The position numbers and the translations under genes are program-made. A stretch of 19,871 nucleotides of DNA from Oligoflexales bacterium. GTDB taxonomy: Bacteria; Bdellovibrionota_B; Oligoflexia; Oligoflexales; CAIYRB01. Shown piece after piece: positions 16,429 to 19,871 of the stretch. The DNA lies in assembly GCA_041736175.1 (NCBI GenBank), contig JBGSUI010000142.1, forward strand, positions 1-19,871, read 5' to 3'. Positions within the stretch are counted from its first letter, which is position 1, and each line of letters begins with the position of its first letter. Below the pieces are notes generated by a model, which was given only the letters and a program-made list of their open reading frames with translations, did no database searches and was not told where the DNA came from.

Positions 16429-19023
16429 TTAAGTCTCTGCGATTGCGATGGCCAAGATATCATTAAAGACCCCCGCTGCCGTCACCTCAGCTCCAGCCCC
16501 TGGACCGCTCACCACCAGGGGGTTTTGGTTGTAGCGCTCGGTTTTAATGAGGACGAGATTGTCCGTCCCCTTAAGGCGCCCAAGGGGACTTTCCTGGGGG
16601 ACTTCCCGCAGTCCGACCGAAAGACTATACCGAGGGCTCCCCTGGGTTTGCTCTTCTATGACAATCCGGCCAACATAGCGCAGCTCGATACCCCTGGTTT
16701 TCGCTGACTGAATCCGGTCTCGCCAGAGGGAGTCAACGCTGGTGAGTTTTTGCAGAAAAGTTTTTGGTACCTCATCATCACAAGATTTAGGATAGAGGCA
16801 CTCCACAGGGATATCGGCTAGATTGCATTTGATTCCTATGGTGCGCGCTAAGATCAAGACCTTTCGCGCTACATCCATCCCAGAGAGGTCTTCGCGGGGA
16901 TCAGGCTCGGTATAACCTTTGCTGTAGGCTTTGGTGACAGCATCGGAAAAGCCGACCCCTTGGGAAAGCTCGGTCATCAAAAAGCCGAGAGTCCCAGAAA
17001 AACAACCCTCGATACAGGAGATCTTATCACCAACTTCTTGTAGTTTAGCTAGTGTATCCAGAATGGGCAGGCCAGCCCCGACGGTGGCTTCGTAGCGTAC
17101 AAAAACCCGTTTTTGTTTGGCTATCTCAAGCAACTCGTCAAATTGGCCTTGGTCGACCGCTAAGGGTTTTTTGTTGGCAAAAACCACATGCCACCCAGCG
17201 CGGATCGCTCGGAGTGCGGTGGCAATGGAGTCTTCGGCGGTGGTGTCGATATAGATTCCTTTGAGGACGGGTAGGTCCCAGAGGGCTCGTTCGGTGGAAT
17301 TCGCCTTGAGGGGGTGTCCCGTCTCTTTGATGTCGATAAGTTGGGTGAGTTGTTCATGGCTGATGCCTTGGCTGTTGGTGATAAAGCCAGCACGATCGGC
17401 GACGCCTACACAATGGAGTCGAATGCCCATTTTATCCACGAGGTAGCTGTCTTGGGCGATGATTTGTCGGGTGAGAGTCCGGCCGATCTTGCCGAGGCCC
17501 ATAATCGCTAGAGTGATATCCCCTTGCTTTTGGGGGGTCAGCACCTTGAGCTTTTCAAGGCGAAACTCCCGGTGCAGATATTGGAGAGCCACGTCGACAT
17601 CTTTGGTTTCGATCACGAGGGATATATTGAGCTCGGAGCTGCCTTGGGCGATGGCCTTGATATTGATTTGCGAACGACCAAGCGCCCCAAAAGTTCGCGA
17701 CGCGATTCCCGGAGTTCCACTCATCCCAAGTCCGACGATGGCGACGATGGAAAGCCCCTGAGTCACCCGGATGGTGTCGATCAACCGATGCTTCATCTCA
17801 AATTTAAAGGCTTCTTGGAGGGCTACCAAAGCCTCTTTGGTCTCATGGTCGCTAACGGCGAGGCAGATGCTGGCTTCGCTCGAACCTTGGCTGATCAGAC
17901 TCACGGAAACCTGAGCCTGGGCGAGGGCCTGGAAGGTACGTGCCGCAACTCCGGGGACTCCCATCATGCCCCCACCTTCGATGGAGACAAGGCTTTGCTC
18001 CCTAATAGCCGTCAAAGCTTTGACAGGGAAAGCCCCTGGAGCCACGTCACCTGCGATCCGTGTTCCCGGAAGTTCGGGGGACATGGTAGGTCGGACGATA
18101 AGGGGGATTTGGTGGGCCAAGAGGGGGATCATCGTCCGAGGATGGAGGACTTTGGCTCCGTAGTAAGCCAGTTCCGCAGCCTCTCTGTAATGGAGTTCAG
18201 GGACGATCCTCGCCTCCTTGACGCACTTGGGGTCAGCGGTGAGGAGGCCGTCGACCTCTTTATAGAGGGTGACGCTTTGGGATTTAAGGCAGTGGCCAAG
18301 GACTGTGGCGGAGAGGTCGGAACCCCCGCGGCCTAGGGTGACCAGTTCTCCATGGGGACCAGTGCCGATATAGCCGGGAACGATCACCGTTTGTCCAGAT
18401 TCCAACAAAGGTAGGACTTTGGATTGAACTTGTTGCTCCGTCGTCTGGAGGTCGGGAAACAGCGTCCCAAAGCTTTTTTCGAGGGTGATCAGCTCGGTGC
18501 CGTCGACGAGGGTCGTCGGAATCCTTTTTTGGGCGAGGACGGCCTGAAAAATCCGGGATAAGGTCCGTTCGCCCCGGGCGGCGATCCGGTCTTGGGTGGT
18601 TTTGGTGGACTCTCTTAGGATTTTGAGACTTTGGCAAATGGCCTGGAGTTCTTCAGTGGTTTCGTCAATATACCTCAAAAGGTCCCGGACTTGTTGGGAA
18701 TCCTCGCCCAAGAGAGCGAGGGTCGCTGTCCGGTGTTTGGACCTAAATCCATCCACTAACTCCTGGTAACTCTGCCCACGGACAGCTCTGTCGGCGGCAG
18801 TGAGGAGCAGGTCGGTGATCCCGCCCATTGCAGAAAGCACGACCAGCAGGTTTTTGGGGTTCGACGCCACGATCGAGGCGGCTTGTCCGATTGCCTTATG
18901 GTCGCCAACGGAAGTACCCCCAAACTTATAGACTCGAAAGGCGCTTAGAGGATGTCTTTGGGTCTGCGAAGAGGGACCCGAGGGGGGCTTGATCATAGGA
19001 AGATGGGGCGATAGGTCTGGCAT
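16429..19023 (-). CDS. thrA: Bifunctional aspartate kinase/homoserine dehydrogenase
   Basis: AK motifs KFGGTSV, LGRGGSD, VDGLLTADP, GAKVLHP; two ACT domains (SQGSSE, AQGSSE); HSDH motifs GLGKIG, ANKK, YEATVGAGLP, GYTEPDPREDLSG, GPGAG...TAAGVF. SD GAAGGA. Confidence 0.96.
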   Translation of the reverse strand: MPDLSPHLPMIKPPSGPSSQTQRHPLSAFRVYKFGGTSVGDHKAIGQAASIVASNPKNLLVVLSAMGGITDLLLTAADRAVRGQSYQELVDGFRSKHRTATLALLGEDSQQVRDLLRYIDETTEELQAICQSLKILRESTKTTQDRIAARGERTLSRIFQAVLAQKRIPTTLVDGTELITLEKSFGTLFPDLQTTEQQVQSKVLPLLESGQTVIVPGYIGTGPHGELVTLGRGGSDLSATVLGHCLKSQSVTLYKEVDGLLTADPKCVKEARIVPELHYREAAELAYYGAKVLHPRTMIPLLAHQIPLIVRPTMSPELPGTRIAGDVAPGAFPVKALTAIREQSLVSIEGGGMMGVPGVAARTFQALAQAQVSVSLISQGSSEASICLAVSDHETKEALVALQEAFKFEMKHRLIDTIRVTQGLSIVAIVGLGMSGTPGIASRTFGALGRSQINIKAIAQGSSELNISLVIETKDVDVALQYLHREFRLEKLKVLTPQKQGDITLAIMGLGKIGRTLTRQIIAQDSYLVDKMGIRLHCVGVADRAGFITNSQGISHEQLTQLIDIKETGHPLKANSTERALWDLPVLKGIYIDTTAEDSIATALRAIRAGWHVVFANKKPLAVDQGQFDELLEIAKQKRVFVRYEATVGAGLPILDTLAKLQEVGDKISCIEGCFSGTLGFLMTELSQGVGFSDAVTKAYSKGYTEPDPREDLSGMDVARKVLILARTIGIKCNLADIPVECLYPKSCDDEVPKTFLQKLTSVDSLWRDRIQSAKTRGIELRYVGRIVIEEQTQGSPRYSLSVGLREVPQESPLGRLKGTDNLVLIKTERYNQNPLVVSGPGAGAEVTAAGVFNDILAIAIAET

Positions 19024-19064
19024 AGGACATCCTTCATGGGCTCAAAAAAATCGGATGGCTGAAA

Positions 19065-19361
19065 CTATGGCCCTTTCACGCGGGATTTGTAAAGAGCCAC
19101 TCCTTCAGGAAGAGGTCTTGGGGTTCTCGGTCCTTGGGAGACGGGGGTCCTAGGGGCGGATGGAGGTGCCATGCCACCCGTAAGCATGCGGTCTCCTGCG
19201 GACTTCAAGCTACGGCTTGTCTGGAGGAGCTGAAAGAGTGCATCGATGAGTTTTTTCGAGTTTTCGTGGGTTAAAACATAGCCAAACTTTGATTCCTGAC
19301 CATGGTTCTGAATCAGTTCTTCAATAGCTGCTCGCGTCGCGGCCTCGAAGGGTCCTGGCAT
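19065..19361 (-). CDS. Small hypothetical protein (98 aa) directly upstream of thrA
   Basis: ATG at 19361 with GAGG 6 nt upstream (the track's longer start is 19457). Helical core plus a Pro-rich tail. 41-bp gap to thrA. Confidence 0.6.
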   Translation of the reverse strand: MPGPFEAATRAAIEELIQNHGQESKFGYVLTHENSKKLIDALFQLLQTSRSLKSAGDRMLTGGMAPPSAPRTPVSQGPRTPRPLPEGVALYKSRVKGP

Positions 19362-19487
19362 AGGGGGCCTCACTTCATGATGAGATAAAACTGTTTCTTT
19401 CCATGATCCCACGCCTAGAGGACTCTCCAAAAGGGGCTCTTTTTGCCTACTCACCAAGGTTGCTAAGGAGTGTGTCGAGGGGGGCCG

Positions 19488-19560
19488 AAATAAAAAAAAA
19501 TCTTCTTCGAAAAAAAAAATTGAAAAGACTATTGACCGAAAAGGTCCATCGAGCTATCTT
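19488..19560 (+). promoter_or_regulatory. rRNA operon promoter with upstream A-tracts (UP-like element)
   Basis: TTGACC (19532-19537), 17 bp, TATCTT (19555-19560). Two long A-tracts lie at ~19488-19520, and 16S begins ~290 nt downstream. Confidence 0.75.
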
Positions 19561-19660
19561 CCGAATCCCAGCAGATGAGGGGCTGAAAAAAAGCGGCGAG
19601 ACAAGCCAAGAGGCGACTCTCCCGAAAGAACTTTAGCCCTGAAAAAGAAGCAGCTGGGAC

Positions 19661-19678
19661 GCTCTTTGAAAACTGAAT
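19661..19678 (+). promoter_or_regulatory. rRNA antitermination boxA / 16S processing-stem arm
   Basis: GCTCTTTGAAAACTGAAT matches the conserved rrn boxA sequence in the leader. Confidence 0.8.
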
Positions 19679-19850
19679 AGTGAGAAAAAAAAGAGAGAAC
19701 GGGCGACTGTTTTTAGATGTCTTCGGAAGGCGCAAGTCGGAAGGAGTCATTAATGAGCCATCGGCTCAGTAAAAATAAAAATAGTCCGTTACCGAATCAA
19801 TTCTGAAAAATTTATTTCTAGGAATACGAACAGGTAATGGGCCACGATTT

Positions 19851-19871
19851 AAACGTTAGAGTTTGATCCTG
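19851..19871 (+). rRNA. rrs: 16S rRNA, 5' end only (truncated by the window end)
   Basis: AGAGTTTGATCCTG (19858-19871) is the universal 27F site (16S positions 8-21), preceded by an rrn promoter and boxA. Confidence 0.92.

Noticed and set aside
17524..18336. 270-aa antisense ORF within thrA (and the other antisense ORFs inside ilv, thr, fbaA and kinase genes)
   Set aside because: These are shadow ORFs opposite well-conserved genes and have no recognisable motifs.
19566..19659. The leader structure as a tRNA gene
   Set aside because: No D-loop GG, T-loop TTC or 3' CCA arrangement.
19403..19750. ORFs 19403-19636 (+) and 19529-19750 (-)
   Set aside because: They overlap the rRNA promoter, A-tracts and boxA leader, and are low-complexity translations.

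Overview
Bacterial chromosomal window that is mostly housekeeping. From left to right: the 3' part of a receiver-domain protein; an ilvB-ilvN-ilvC-ilvD operon preceded by a sigma70 promoter and a complete ribosome-mediated attenuator (23-aa Ile/Val-rich leader peptide missing from the ORF track, alternative hairpins, terminator); two convergent, overlapping orphan histidine kinases; fbaA and a DedA gene on the minus strand; an AT-rich patch (~10030-11970) with two orphan lipoprotein genes, each behind a sigma54-type promoter, one carrying an 18-bp/hexapeptide tandem repeat; a CHAD-domain gene; threonine genes thrA and thrB-thrC split by an oppositely oriented lipoprotein gene; a small hypothetical gene; and an rRNA operon promoter and leader (UP-like A-tracts, boxA) running into the first bases of 16S rRNA. 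No transposase, integrase, CRISPR array or defence system is visible. The most notable unannotated signals are the Ile/Val-only attenuator paired with a probably feedback-resistant IlvN, and a putative sigma54-controlled set of three orphan lipoproteins. All motif calls were made by eye and no database search was run.
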